A stretch of 64,000 bases of DNA, from positions 96,001-160,000 of the IMG/VR virus record IMGVR_UViG_3300046744_000223. The stretch is one strand, 5' to 3'. Below, piece after piece: positions 6,944 to 17,195 of this stretch; the first letter of the stretch is position 1, and the number at the start of each line of letters is the position of its first letter. The translations under genes and the position numbers were made by a program. The DNA comes from a virus. The notes under the pieces were generated by a model, which was given only the letters and a program-made list of their open reading frames with translations, was not told the DNA's origin and made no database searches.

Positions 6944-9901
6944 TTAATCTTCCTTTACAATTTTTTTATTAAATCGTGTACCATGGTGTTCAATTGATAG
7001 GAAATAAACACCATTTGCTAATGATGACATATCAATTGTTCGTTCTTTAGAATTTTCAACAATCAATTTACCCATAAAGTCGTATAAAGTATATGTAATA
7101 TCCAAGGTAGTTCTGATATTTAATGTATTTGTTGTTGGGTTAGGATACACAACAATATTTTTAAAGTCAATATCATCAATACTAAGAGTACCATTGACAG
7201 TAGCACAATAATCATACAGATATTGACAATCAGTGTCCCACGAATTAGTACAACAATACTCGTCTACATCAATTACCCAAGCGTAACATGGGTCATTTAA
7301 CCAATATGGGTTACCAGGCCCATCTATACACCCAGCATCATATAAACATGCCGTAGTGTCAGAAACATTAGCATTTGGGTTATAATTATGAGCATTTGGG
7401 TCAGTACAACCATATATTGGGGTAATACAACTACCATTATCAGTATTAGCTAATGGGTTGTAGTTAAGTGACGTTGAATCAGTACATCCATAGATAATTG
7501 GAATACATGGGTTTGAAAAATCAGTAGCCGATACTTGATTTGTATTAGCATCAGGATTATAGTTAAATGAGTTAACATCCATACACCCATAAATGTAAGG
7601 AACACAAGTTCCATTATCAGTATTAGCTAATGGGTCAAAGTTAAACGAAGTTGAATCAGTACAACCATACACTCTAGCGATACACGACCCGTCATCCGTG
7701 TTAGCTAATGAATCGTAATTATAAGATGTTGGGTCCGTACACCCATAAATTACAGGAACACATGAACCATCGTCCGTGTTAGCTAATGCATTATAATTAA
7801 ATGAGGATGGGTTTGTACAACCATAGATATAAGGAATACAAGTACCTGACGTATTTGCTAATGGGTCGTAATTCCACATTGTTGAATCCGTACAACCTAC
7901 TTTAATAGCTATACAAGTATCAGGCGTATTTGCATTAGGGTTGTAATTAAATGACAATGGATTCATACATCCTAAAATAACAGGAATACACCCACCATCA
8001 TCGGTATTAGCTAATGAATCGTAATTAATAGATGTTGAGTCGGTACATCCGAATACTTTTTCGATACAAACATCACCAAATGTTGGTTGTGAATCAACTC
8101 TTTGAATTATGGGGAATTGTAATGTAGTTGCTCCCCAAAACGGAACATCTACAATAGTATCACCTTCAGGACCATACAACGTATATGCTATCTGAGCGAT
8201 TGAGTTTTGAGATTGAGTCGTTGTAAATAGGTACAAATCAATTGGTTCATAGATGTTTAAAGGTACATCAAACGTTAATTCATAACCATCATTTGGTCCC
8301 ATTTTAAATTGAGGAGACAAGTTATCACCTTGTTTGATACCTAACCAAGTACCACCCCAACCATTTGAGGCGCCATCTTTTATTTTTAAGGTATAATCGC
8401 CAGTCATTATCTCACTGGTGTTAGCGGTATCTACATAGTTGAATGCTGACGTGTCAGTACATCCTACTATTCGGGCTGGCCCACACGTACCCGTGTCTAT
8501 TGTAGCACTTGGATTGTATGTGGTTGAGAATGGATTCATACACCCATAAACATCAGCTGCGCCGGAGGAACATATCCCTCCAGTACTAAATTGTGGGGTC
8601 GTAAATTGATAACCAAAGTTACCACTTGGAATTGTATCGGATAACGACCATAATAGATTACCTGAACAATCATATACTTTTAAATCACCATCTACTTGAC
8701 CACCAAATAAAGTACCATTTAAACCATCACCATAAGAATCGTTAATTACAATATCTACTAATACATTTGTATCAACACAAATGTAATGTGATATAGCTAT
8801 ACCTGGTGATGCGCCAGAATACGTCCCTTGAGATGCTGTATATACTGCTCCGTTATTGTCATAAAGAATCCAACTTGATTCACTACCATAGTTATCGGGA
8901 GTGAATTGTACGTCTAAGTAAGTTTCACTTGAAGAACAAGAAAGTGTATCTGCTGGATTCCCTATACACTTCCCATCACTTATTGTAGCCCATGGGTTGT
9001 ATTCGGCAGAAGTGGTATCAGTACATCCTATAATATCAGCACAATCTAAACACTTTTCCCAACAATTAGTATCTAATACTACTGATGTTCCATCTACAAT
9101 AAGATTTCTATTTGTAAACCCTGCGGCATCTAATAAGAAACAAGTAGCGTATGGGTTTTGATTGTTTTGCATATTTGGTGGTAACTCTTGGTCAACCCAG
9201 TTATCAACTGAGTACTTCCATAACCAACCTGGATTGTTTAGTATATCAATAGTACCTGTCCAAATACCATCACCATCTGAATCAGATAAAGAATCCGCTA
9301 TACCACTCCAACTATTAAACTGCCCACTTACATAAACTTGAGAGAACGTGTCATTATAAGAGTTCATATCTACTGCAAAAGTTACAGGATATTTACATTG
9401 ACCATTATTAATATTAGCATTAGAGTCGTAAGTTGAAGATAATGTATCCATACAACCTGCAAATGGTGGTGGTTGTGATAGGAGATTGACAGTTGTATCG
9501 TATGAGTAAACTGAGTTTGAACCACTAAATAACCCTAATGTCATTGGGTCTATATTTACAAATGTATCTTGAGTTGCGTTTCGTAACCATACAACCGGAG
9601 GTACACCTTGGTTATCCCACCATCTAGTTCTATTAGAGTTAAGTATTATCTTAACATCACCAGTATCACAATTTAAAATAGTGTAGTTGTAAGTACTTGG
9701 ATTAGTTAAGGAAACGTAGTCTTTGTAGTATAATGTATCGTTACCTTGCTTTATTAAAATTGACTGGTCGTTTGAATATACATTTCCACTGGTGAATATG
9801 TATCTACCAAATTCTACTCTTAACTCAAACCAACTTGTACCTTGTGCTAATGTTACAGTTGGTAATAACAATAGTAATAAATTAATTAAATACTTTTTCA
9901 T
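6944..9901 (-). CDS. Secreted Cys-repeat protein with T9SS type A C-terminal sorting domain
   Basis: Signal peptide; CBM48-like segment (VYVSGQFNSW..DSDGDGIW); GC(T/M)(D/N)..NY.P.AN.DDGSC repeats; C-terminal VYPNPTTNTLNI...NGVYFL...KKIVKED. Confidence 0.85.
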   Translation of the reverse strand: MKKYLINLLLLLLPTVTLAQGTSWFELRVEFGRYIFTSGNVYSNDQSILIKQGNDTLYYKDYVSLTNPSTYNYTILNCDTGDVKIILNSNRTRWWDNQGVPPVVWLRNATQDTFVNIDPMTLGLFSGSNSVYSYDTTVNLLSQPPPFAGCMDTLSSTYDSNANINNGQCKYPVTFAVDMNSYNDTFSQVYVSGQFNSWSGIADSLSDSDGDGIWTGTIDILNNPGWLWKYSVDNWVDQELPPNMQNNQNPYATCFLLDAAGFTNRNLIVDGTSVVLDTNCWEKCLDCADIIGCTDTTSAEYNPWATISDGKCIGNPADTLSCSSSETYLDVQFTPDNYGSESSWILYDNNGAVYTASQGTYSGASPGIAISHYICVDTNVLVDIVINDSYGDGLNGTLFGGQVDGDLKVYDCSGNLLWSLSDTIPSGNFGYQFTTPQFSTGGICSSGAADVYGCMNPFSTTYNPSATIDTGTCGPARIVGCTDTSAFNYVDTANTSEIMTGDYTLKIKDGASNGWGGTWLGIKQGDNLSPQFKMGPNDGYELTFDVPLNIYEPIDLYLFTTTQSQNSIAQIAYTLYGPEGDTIVDVPFWGATTLQFPIIQRVDSQPTFGDVCIEKVFGCTDSTSINYDSLANTDDGGCIPVILGCMNPLSFNYNPNANTPDTCIAIKVGCTDSTMWNYDPLANTSGTCIPYIYGCTNPSSFNYNALANTDDGSCVPVIYGCTDPTSYNYDSLANTDDGSCIARVYGCTDSTSFNFDPLANTDNGTCVPYIYGCMDVNSFNYNPDANTNQVSATDFSNPCIPIIYGCTDSTSLNYNPLANTDNGSCITPIYGCTDPNAHNYNPNANVSDTTACLYDAGCIDGPGNPYWLNDPCYAWVIDVDEYCCTNSWDTDCQYLYDYCATVNGTLSIDDIDFKNIVVYPNPTTNTLNIRTTLDITYTLYDFMGKLIVENSKERTIDMSSLANGVYFLSIEHHGTRFNKKIVKED
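7340..8050 (-). repeat. Nine tandem ~25-33 aa GCTD...NY...AN...C repeats (coding)
   Basis: Visible in translation; four further dispersed copies upstream in the same ORF. Confidence 0.85.
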
Positions 9902-9950
9902 AATAAATTCCGTGGATGATTTACGTTACTGTTATAACTATGTAATATTA

Positions 9951-10832
9951 CTATAAAGAGATTAACATATCTAATAGTTCTTGTTGTGGGAACATATCAA
10001 ACTTATCTTTACGTGTATTAGTATGAGTCCACATACCCTTTACTCTACCATAGTATGCATCTTCATTGAATTCAAATCCACCTGCACCTTTTTTCTTTAC
10101 TTCTTCTACTAATCCGTTTCTTACATCAATGTTATCTCTCTCACCAATCCATAGAATCCACTTTCTAAGTGCTTCGATTTGGTCATCGGAATATTTGTGC
10201 CAAGTTTTGAATCCTCTAAATGGGGTGTCTAACTCAACCAACTGAGATTCATGAACTCGTGTACCGGCATATGTTTTACCATCTTTAATCCAGCCAAAGT
10301 TACACACTTCAATTCCTACTGAATGTGTGTGCATATGTTGTGACCCATTTTTACCTAAGTGCCACCCATAACCACCTTGAGGAAATGCTTGTACCATTAC
10401 ACCATCATAGTCTTCATTGTTACCTTTTACTGATGGACCACCTAATACAAATTCAGTTGCTACTGCACCACGAGAATCTCTACCCCATTGGTCGATACAA
10501 TTGAATGGGTTGTGCCACCCTGCAGTATGATGTAAGAATATATACTCTTTATTGGTTGGGCCTGATTTATACTCACCATTAGGTAAGTAATGTCTATTAA
10601 CGATTAGACAATTTTCCGTTTCGAATGTCTTTTCTGAGTCATCAGTAGTAGCCAAACCCATACAATCCCAAGTGGAAGAACCAACAATACCATCAGCAAC
10701 CAAACCATTGATTTTTTGGAATTCTTTAACTGATTTCTCAGTTCCTTTACCGAATATACCATCTGCGCCAATTTCTAAAAACTCTTGTAATAATTTAACT
10801 TCGTTTCCTTTTGAACCTACTTTTAGTAACAT
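9951..10832 (-). CDS. Endolysin: peptidoglycan-binding domain plus N-acetylmuramoyl-L-alanine amidase
   Basis: LKVGSKG..V.LLQ..L...ADGIFG..T...VK.FQ...GL.ADGIVG PG-binding domain; LHHTAG, SVGIEVCN, HTNTRKDKFD amidase_2 motifs; likely start MLLKVG at 10832. Confidence 0.88.
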   Translation of the reverse strand: MLLKVGSKGNEVKLLQEFLEIGADGIFGKGTEKSVKEFQKINGLVADGIVGSSTWDCMGLATTDDSEKTFETENCLIVNRHYLPNGEYKSGPTNKEYIFLHHTAGWHNPFNCIDQWGRDSRGAVATEFVLGGPSVKGNNEDYDGVMVQAFPQGGYGWHLGKNGSQHMHTHSVGIEVCNFGWIKDGKTYAGTRVHESQLVELDTPFRGFKTWHKYSDDQIEALRKWILWIGERDNIDVRNGLVEEVKKKGAGGFEFNEDAYYGRVKGMWTHTNTRKDKFDMFPQQELLDMLISL

Positions 10833-10833
10833 A

Positions 10834-10989
10834 CTATTTTCCTTTTTTACGGCCGGCACAATGTGCTTTTTGACTAAAGCCTTTTGGGTTATTACAATCT
10901 ATGGATTTTTTATATGAAGCTGACCACTTCTCATCAACCGATTTGATTAAACGTTCAAGTGCTTCTTCATATCTACTCAATCCACTCAT
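10834..10989 (-). CDS. Small conserved phage protein (KWS..YKKSIDCNNPKGFSQKAHC motif)
   Basis: Manual translation, 51 aa: MSGLSRYEEALERLIKSVDEKWSASYKKSIDCNNPKGFSQKAHCAGRKKGK; below ORF-track cutoff. Confidence 0.7.
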   Translation of the reverse strand: MSGLSRYEEALERLIKSVDEKWSASYKKSIDCNNPKGFSQKAHCAGRKKGK

Positions 10990-11064
10990 ATTACATATCC
11001 TTATATATAAGTATCTACAAATTCCAAAGGAATTATCCAGTCACTTCCGAATGGGTCTGATACT

Positions 11065-11250
11065 CTAAGTTCTTGCTTTTGTTCGTTGACCGATATAAGT
11101 GTCAGTCGTTCTCCCCCCAACAGACTTCCCTTGTGATTGGAGAAAGTTTTCTTCATTATTAGCTTTCTTCCTATTTGATTTTGTAAATTTTTCATATCGC
11201 TCATGACTATCTACATAGTCTTCTAATTTATTAAGGTCTATTTTACCCAT
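11065..11250 (-). CDS. Hypothetical protein
   Basis: Start overlaps stop of upstream gene; competes with overlapping ORF 11001-11204. Confidence 0.45.
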   Translation of the reverse strand: MGKIDLNKLEDYVDSHERYEKFTKSNRKKANNEENFLQSQGKSVGGRTTDTYIGQRTKART

Positions 11251-11488
11251 TTTGGATTACCTTTAACTTTTTAATTTTGTCCAAGAATTCTTCTACGGAA
11301 TAAGATTTAGATTGTTCGTCTTTGATTGTCACTTCAGATAAAGTGTCCGGATACTTTTCTACCAATCTTACTAATATCTCAAACCCTTGGTCTGCCCAAA
11401 AGTTTTTGAATGAAATTTCACCTAAGACATTAGTTGAGAAATCAACTGATTCTTCGGTGTCTCCTGGTAGTAATATAAAGTATCTCAT
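11243..11488 (-). CDS. Hypothetical protein
   Basis: ORF translationally coupled to upstream GT2. Confidence 0.65.
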   Translation of the reverse strand: MRYFILLPGDTEESVDFSTNVLGEISFKNFWADQGFEILVRLVEKYPDTLSEVTIKDEQSKSYSVEEFLDKIKKLKVIQNG

Positions 11489-12690
11489 AGATTAATTAAC
11501 TCAGAATCGTAATGTTTTACACGATTCACATTTATATTAAATATGTCTAATTCATACTCACCATTAGAAAAATCGTTAAAATCTAATATTTCTGATAATT
11601 GTTGGATGTAATTAAATGCGTTTTGTGTAAATTTATTTGCATCAAATCTAACAATTATATCTGAATCTACTTCTTGGTTGATTCTATCACTCAAGTTGAA
11701 TTGAGTATTTGGTTGTTCTAATTTGATGTATTCATCGATTTTTTCTTGTGGTATGTCCACATGGATGTTACTACACCAAGGTTCTAACATACTCAACAAT
11801 TGTTCGTTAGCATTGAAAACTCTGAACTCCACGTTGTATTTGTGAGGAACGATGGGTTTCATTAACTTATCGTGTTTACAAAAGTGTCCCCACTTTCTTA
11901 GAAAGTTACGAGTAGAACGTTCGTTTTGTGTTAACCACTCGCCAGTCTCTCTATTCTTCATAAAGACCTCACCATTTGGATTACGCTTTGCCCCATCTGC
12001 AAATCTACTGCCTCTACAAGTCATATGATATACAAACCCATCCCAAGTCTGAATAAACTTATATCCATTCAGATGGAATCGATTAAAGATATCAGTATCT
12101 TCTTTTGATTGGGGTGCAAATAACGGGTCGTGCCCACCAATAGAAGTAAAGTCTTCTTTAAATAAGAACCATGGGGCAAATATACCCTCAGTAGTTTTAC
12201 CTTGTTTTAACGATGGTAATTGTTCTAATAGATTATCTTCTAAATCAACAAACTCTTCCGGCTCAATACCAAAGTCCAAAAGAATCTTTTCAGGACCATC
12301 CGGATGTAATGGTGGTTCGATACGAGTAAGTGATACCACACTTAGAGGTTTAATGTGTTCTAATACTGATTCAAGAGCGCCAGGACATAAATACATATCA
12401 GCATGATATATACCTACAATTGGCGTGGTAGCTACTTCGTTGATTAATCTATCGTATAGAATAGTATGACCCAATCGCGTTGGTCCTTCGTTTCGTATTG
12501 CCTTGAAGTTTGGGTCCGTGTCCATCATTTCTTGACACCACTCCCAAGTTCCATCGTTACTGAAATCATCAGCAACACATATTGTTGGCTCTGACCCACC
12601 ATTCTTTCTGATTGAATCGTATGACCACTTTAGGTACTTTAAATTATTACGAGATGGTTGGATAAATGATATATCTGATTTATTTAACAT
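11485..12690 (-). CDS. Glycosyltransferase family 2
   Basis: ADDFSNDGT, HADM (DxD-like), IGGHD..F...EDTD motifs. Confidence 0.85.
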   Translation of the reverse strand: MLNKSDISFIQPSRNNLKYLKWSYDSIRKNGGSEPTICVADDFSNDGTWEWCQEMMDTDPNFKAIRNEGPTRLGHTILYDRLINEVATTPIVGIYHADMYLCPGALESVLEHIKPLSVVSLTRIEPPLHPDGPEKILLDFGIEPEEFVDLEDNLLEQLPSLKQGKTTEGIFAPWFLFKEDFTSIGGHDPLFAPQSKEDTDIFNRFHLNGYKFIQTWDGFVYHMTCRGSRFADGAKRNPNGEVFMKNRETGEWLTQNERSTRNFLRKWGHFCKHDKLMKPIVPHKYNVEFRVFNANEQLLSMLEPWCSNIHVDIPQEKIDEYIKLEQPNTQFNLSDRINQEVDSDIIVRFDANKFTQNAFNYIQQLSEILDFNDFSNGEYELDIFNINVNRVKHYDSELINL

Positions 12691-13631
12691 AATATTTTAT
12701 TCATTTTAGTTAAAAACACATTCTCATGGAAGTGTTTGTTGTAATTATTTAGAGCCGATTTGGAACATTCATTATAGAAGCCCTCATCATCTCTAAGTTG
12801 TTTTGCTAAACTTCGTGCACTTTCTAAATCAAATCTATCAACCGATAGCATGGGTTGAGATAATCGTTGTGTATCAGCATCAACATAACCTATACATGGT
12901 ATACCAAGAAAAGAACAATTCAATGAAAACGTACCTGCAGTGATGTTAGGCATTAGATGCACCGCGTACTTATAACTTGATAGGAGTTTCATCCACTCTG
13001 AAAATGTAACGTGTGGTAATACCTCTACCAATTGGCTTTCGTTTGCAACTGTTCTCATTTTAGGTACTGATATTGGTTTGTTAAACTCACTCGATACCAA
13101 GTAAGAATCAAACCCACCATACCAAGAAGTGAAATTACCACCCATCATAACCTTTTCTTCTTTTGTAGTATCTTTTAAATATACAAAATTATCTTCAATA
13201 ATCAAAGTGGGGATTGTGTGAATTTCTTTATCAGAAGAGGTTATACCTTTAAAATAGTTAAAATCCGTTACATTTTCAGTAAAGATACCATCTACTTCTT
13301 GTAATAAATTATAATGCCAAATCTGATGATGAAGTTCTTTTGTTTGATATATTTGCGCGGTTGCCTCTTGCATAAACCAAATCTTCTTACCAAACTCCCT
13401 CAAATCTGATACCAACTTTTCTTTTTGGTATACAAAATCTCTGAGTTTATCAGTCTTACTAATGAGTAGAATGATATGGTCGTATTCAGATTGTAATTGC
13501 TCCATCTGATAGAAACAATAATGGTCTGCGTTTAGAGCACAAAATTGAGCAAACTCAGTTCTCATATGTGGGTGGTCTCTACCCACCTTACCAGTAAATG
13601 GTAACTCCGATATAAATGCTATTCTCCCCAT
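12684..13631 (-). CDS. Putative GT-B glycosyltransferase
   Basis: C-terminal AGTFSLNCSFLGIPCIG GT-B-like segment; context. Confidence 0.6.
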   Translation of the reverse strand: MGRIAFISELPFTGKVGRDHPHMRTEFAQFCALNADHYCFYQMEQLQSEYDHIILLISKTDKLRDFVYQKEKLVSDLREFGKKIWFMQEATAQIYQTKELHHQIWHYNLLQEVDGIFTENVTDFNYFKGITSSDKEIHTIPTLIIEDNFVYLKDTTKEEKVMMGGNFTSWYGGFDSYLVSSEFNKPISVPKMRTVANESQLVEVLPHVTFSEWMKLLSSYKYAVHLMPNITAGTFSLNCSFLGIPCIGYVDADTQRLSQPMLSVDRFDLESARSLAKQLRDDEGFYNECSKSALNNYNKHFHENVFLTKMNKILC

Positions 13632-14386
13632 AATTCCTCGTATGCTCTTTTTATAAAGTATGATGAGTTTCTATTCAATCCATTTTTAGGAATTGCATTA
13701 AAATGATATACCCATGCTTGTTCGTATAGATTATCCATACCATCACCCCACCATGATTGGCCAAAGTTAAGTAGGTTCTTACTCGACATATGGTGTAGAT
13801 TGAATGTGGCAGGTAACATCTTCAAATCAATTCCTTGAGTTTGTATCAGATAGTTTATAACAGTTTGGTCAGTACCCAATCCTGCTTTTTGCTTTTCTAC
13901 CAAAGTATCTTGATTTTTAAAATAAAAGTCTAATACGTAATCAAAGAATTCTCTATGGGATTCGTTTACAATTTGAAATCCACCATTGAAATACATACCC
14001 CTATCCAACTTGTAGTCATCAAACATATCTTTGTAGTGTCTTAATGACCTACCAGTCCATTCCCAACATCCCAAATCAAGAACGCCCGTGTATTTACGTT
14101 CGTTCATTTCAAAGAAATTAGGTGTATCCGGATGGACTATTGTATCAGAATCAACCATTAGAACTTGGTCAAACTCTATATCATTATGGTCAAGTATTTT
14201 AAATAAGTGATATCGTTGCCATGGGATAGTCATCTCTTCCCAAGTATATAACGCAGTATCCCAAATTACAACTTCAGCATTATTTTTCTCGGCCCACTTC
14301 TGCCAAGATTGAATACTGTAATTGTATGCGTGGTGCCTTCCACGACCTGCATCAATTGCCGGTATGAATATTATGTTCTTTTTCAT
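13619..14386 (-). CDS. GT-A glycosyltransferase (GT8-like)
   Basis: MVDSDTIV DxD, YFNGG, TDQTVIN, VYHF motifs. Confidence 0.8.
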   Translation of the reverse strand: MKKNIIFIPAIDAGRGRHHAYNYSIQSWQKWAEKNNAEVVIWDTALYTWEEMTIPWQRYHLFKILDHNDIEFDQVLMVDSDTIVHPDTPNFFEMNERKYTGVLDLGCWEWTGRSLRHYKDMFDDYKLDRGMYFNGGFQIVNESHREFFDYVLDFYFKNQDTLVEKQKAGLGTDQTVINYLIQTQGIDLKMLPATFNLHHMSSKNLLNFGQSWWGDGMDNLYEQAWVYHFNAIPKNGLNRNSSYFIKRAYEELWGE

Positions 14387-15218
14387 TTATATAACTTGTT
14401 ATGTAATTATCTATATCCTTAGTTGGCATCCAACCAAGTATTTCATTAGCAAGTGTATCTTCACAAAGAGTTACCAATGCTTCACCTGGCTTATCATCTT
14501 CATAAACAATATCATCATAGTTGAACATATCTGCTATGTCTTTAACAGAGTAGTTTTTACCTCTACCAAGTTCAAAGTCATACCCATATGCCCCTTGTTC
14601 CATAATCTTTACTAATGCGTCTACGATATCGTCAATATGAGTAAAGTCTCTACGTTTAGTTCCATCACCAAAAATAGTAAGCGACTTCCCATCTTCAATT
14701 GCCTTTTCCCATTTACCAATTAAAGTACAATACCCACCATCTTTTAGATGATGTGGTCCATATACATTGTAAAATCGTGTAATTGATGATTTCAACTCAT
14801 AATGTTTCTGATAAAGTGAAATGATGTCTTCACCCACATCTTTTGAGAATGTGTATGGATTCTTAAATCTACCACTATGTTTTGATGATGAACCAGCGTA
14901 TATGATTGGTACGTTATTATTAGCACACCAATCTACCAAGTTCAGAGTTCCATTTGCATTGGTAGTAAAATATTCTTTGGGTAATTTGAATGATGGTTGG
15001 ATACGGGCAATTGCTGCCAAGTGAAATACAACATCAACATCCATAAACTCAGTAATGTTTCTGAGGTCGTGGTTTAGATACTTACATCCTTTTTGATGAT
15101 TTTGTACATTACCAGTATAATAATTGTCGATAGATACTACATTGTGTCCATCTTTCAATAATCTTTTGATGAGGTTTGTTCCTACAAAACCTGCACCACC
15201 TGTAACTAATATTTTCAT
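14352..15218 (-). CDS. NAD-dependent sugar-nucleotide epimerase/dehydratase
   Basis: GGAGFVG, HLAA, PYTFSK (YxxxK), RFYNVYGP, RDFTHI; start MKILVTGG. Confidence 0.9.
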   Translation of the reverse strand: MKILVTGGAGFVGTNLIKRLLKDGHNVVSIDNYYTGNVQNHQKGCKYLNHDLRNITEFMDVDVVFHLAAIARIQPSFKLPKEYFTTNANGTLNLVDWCANNNVPIIYAGSSSKHSGRFKNPYTFSKDVGEDIISLYQKHYELKSSITRFYNVYGPHHLKDGGYCTLIGKWEKAIEDGKSLTIFGDGTKRRDFTHIDDIVDALVKIMEQGAYGYDFELGRGKNYSVKDIADMFNYDDIVYEDDKPGEALVTLCEDTLANEILGWMPTKDIDNYITSYINEKEHNIHTGN

Positions 15219-15853
15219 TATCCTAATCCTTTCCAAGTTGCACCATTACCAGTATAGTAGTGATTTACTTCAACTTTTGGTGTATATAAATATGATTTAC
15301 CATCTTTTAAAATATCAATTGCCCAATATCTATCTTCTTTTGTAGATAATTCCTCATCAAACGGAGTTTCTATCAAATCAGACTTATTGTAGAAACAAAA
15401 CGCATTATGTAAAAATGGTCTATCTTCAATAGTAGAATGCATATTAACCACCTCACTATCTACAAAATGAGACCATATATATCTCTTGTTAATTTTCTTT
15501 CCACGATATATTGGAATTTGATTACCAAATACTGCTGAATGAAACTTTAGTAATGATTGGACCGATTTCAAATCCATCTTAGTAATTTGAGAGTGTGCTG
15601 ATAGTATCAATATAATATCATTACTACACATATTGACTGCCACATTCAACGATTTACCTGGTGTATAGTTTTCTATATTAGAGGTTATTATATTGAGTCG
15701 TGTATTGAATAGTGTAACTACATCCATAGAATCATCAGTAGAGTTGTTATCCATCACAATCACCTCTGCATTAGGAATGTGGTCACATATAGATTGTAGT
15801 GTAAACCCAATATATTCACCCTCATTTCTATTTCTAACTATGATACTTATCAT
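15218..15853 (-). CDS. Glycosyltransferase family 2
   Basis: [23 protein letters not shown]...ED motifs. Confidence 0.8.
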   Translation of the reverse strand: MISIIVRNRNEGEYIGFTLQSICDHIPNAEVIVMDNNSTDDSMDVVTLFNTRLNIITSNIENYTPGKSLNVAVNMCSNDIILILSAHSQITKMDLKSVQSLLKFHSAVFGNQIPIYRGKKINKRYIWSHFVDSEVVNMHSTIEDRPFLHNAFCFYNKSDLIETPFDEELSTKEDRYWAIDILKDGKSYLYTPKVEVNHYYTGNGATWKGLG

Positions 15854-16656
15854 TTAAATATCCTCGATAATGTTGTATAATCAATAGCTTGTGCTGGGTC
15901 ACTTATAGACATATCTGGATTGGGGTGTGATTCTATAATCAACCCATCAGCACCAATGGCCATTGCAGCTTTAGATACCGGCTCTACAAAATTACGATAT
16001 CCAGTTGAATGACTTGGGTCATATATGATTGGGATGTTAGTAAACTCTTTCAAAGCAGGAATCATCATAAGGTCAGGTGCCCAACGTGTTGTTGGGTGTA
16101 TGTGTCTATAAGATGGCATTCCAACTACACCTCTAAGACATATAGCAACATTTCTATTACCACCTACTAAGATTCGTTCAACTGCGCCTAAGATTTCATC
16201 AAGAGTTCCCCAAGTACCTCGTTTGAGTAATACTGGAGTATCTTGCTTTCCAAGAGCGTCTAATAGTGTATAGTTCTGAAAATTACGAGTTCCTATTTGA
16301 AATACATCGGCAACCTCACCAACTTCATCAATCATACTCGCATCCATTACTTCAGTAACAATTGGGAGTCCAGATTCCTTCTTAGCAATCGCCAACAACT
16401 CAAGACCTTCTTTACGAAGACCCTCTTTCCACCCATTAGTTTCTTTTGTGATTGGGAATGTACATGGTTTGTAAGCACCTGCTCTTAGAGCATCCGCGCC
16501 ACATCTTTTCATATCTTTTGCAATCTCAATGATTGACTCACCCTCAACTGAACAAGGACCTGCAATCTTGAAGTAATCCCAATTGAAGGTTTCGTTTGGG
16601 TCGATTGAAATGTTTAACTTACCTTGGTCTTTTAGTGACTGAATGTATTCGTTCAT
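15850..16656 (-). CDS. DAHP synthase class I-beta-like aldolase (variant KPCT motif)
   Basis: [43 protein letters not shown]; lacks regulatory domain. Confidence 0.85.
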   Translation of the reverse strand: MNEYIQSLKDQGKLNISIDPNETFNWDYFKIAGPCSVEGESIIEIAKDMKRCGADALRAGAYKPCTFPITKETNGWKEGLRKEGLELLAIAKKESGLPIVTEVMDASMIDEVGEVADVFQIGTRNFQNYTLLDALGKQDTPVLLKRGTWGTLDEILGAVERILVGGNRNVAICLRGVVGMPSYRHIHPTTRWAPDLMMIPALKEFTNIPIIYDPSHSTGYRNFVEPVSKAAMAIGADGLIIESHPNPDMSISDPAQAIDYTTLSRIFK

Positions 16657-17195
16657 TTGTAATATTGTTTTACTTTTTCTAAATCATCTTCAGTATGGAT
16701 ATCAGTAGCAGTTTCCTTTACACATCCGATTCGGTAACTAACTTTACCTTGTTTGAGTAAGTCGTACTTGAATAATCTCATTGCACCACTCCTACGATAT
16801 GTGTCATCTACCGTAATGATATCATCATACTTATTGTCAATCATATAGTCAAGACACTCATCAAGAGTGTTGACTCGATTGGGGTTATCTGGTTGTAATC
16901 CAACTACAATATCATACTCTTCTTTGATTTCATTGATGATGTGTTCATACACATCTACGACCTCAACATCCCCACACAAATCAGCAGGCCTCTTGTGGAA
17001 TCTTACTTCGTATTTATTACAAATCTCCTCAACAACATCACTCTCAGATGATACGATAACCTCTACATGGTATTGACTTGCGTTTGCGTAATCAACTGAA
17101 TGTAGGAACATGGGTTTACCATCAATCTCTCTAATGTTCTTGTGTTTTAGTCTTTTAGAATCCAGCTTTGCTGGAATTATTGCTAGTACTCTCAT
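16653..17195 (-). CDS. CMP-ulosonate synthetase (NeuA/KdsB-like cytidylyltransferase)
   Basis: [29 protein letters not shown]. Confidence 0.85.
   Translation of the reverse strand: MRVLAIIPAKLDSKRLKHKNIREIDGKPMFLHSVDYANASQYHVEVIVSSESDVVEEICNKYEVRFHKRPADLCGDVEVVDVYEHIINEIKEEYDIVVGLQPDNPNRVNTLDECLDYMIDNKYDDIITVDDTYRRSGAMRLFKYDLLKQGKVSYRIGCVKETATDIHTEDDLEKVKQYYK

Noticed and set aside
7340-8050. Repeats as CRISPR or DGR template/variable repeats
   Set aside because: Protein-level Cys repeats; no reverse transcriptase in the window and no adenine-specific variation pattern seen.
11001-11204. ORF overlapping 11065-11250 on the same strand
   Set aside because: Extensive overlap; cannot tell from sequence whether a shorter version is real.
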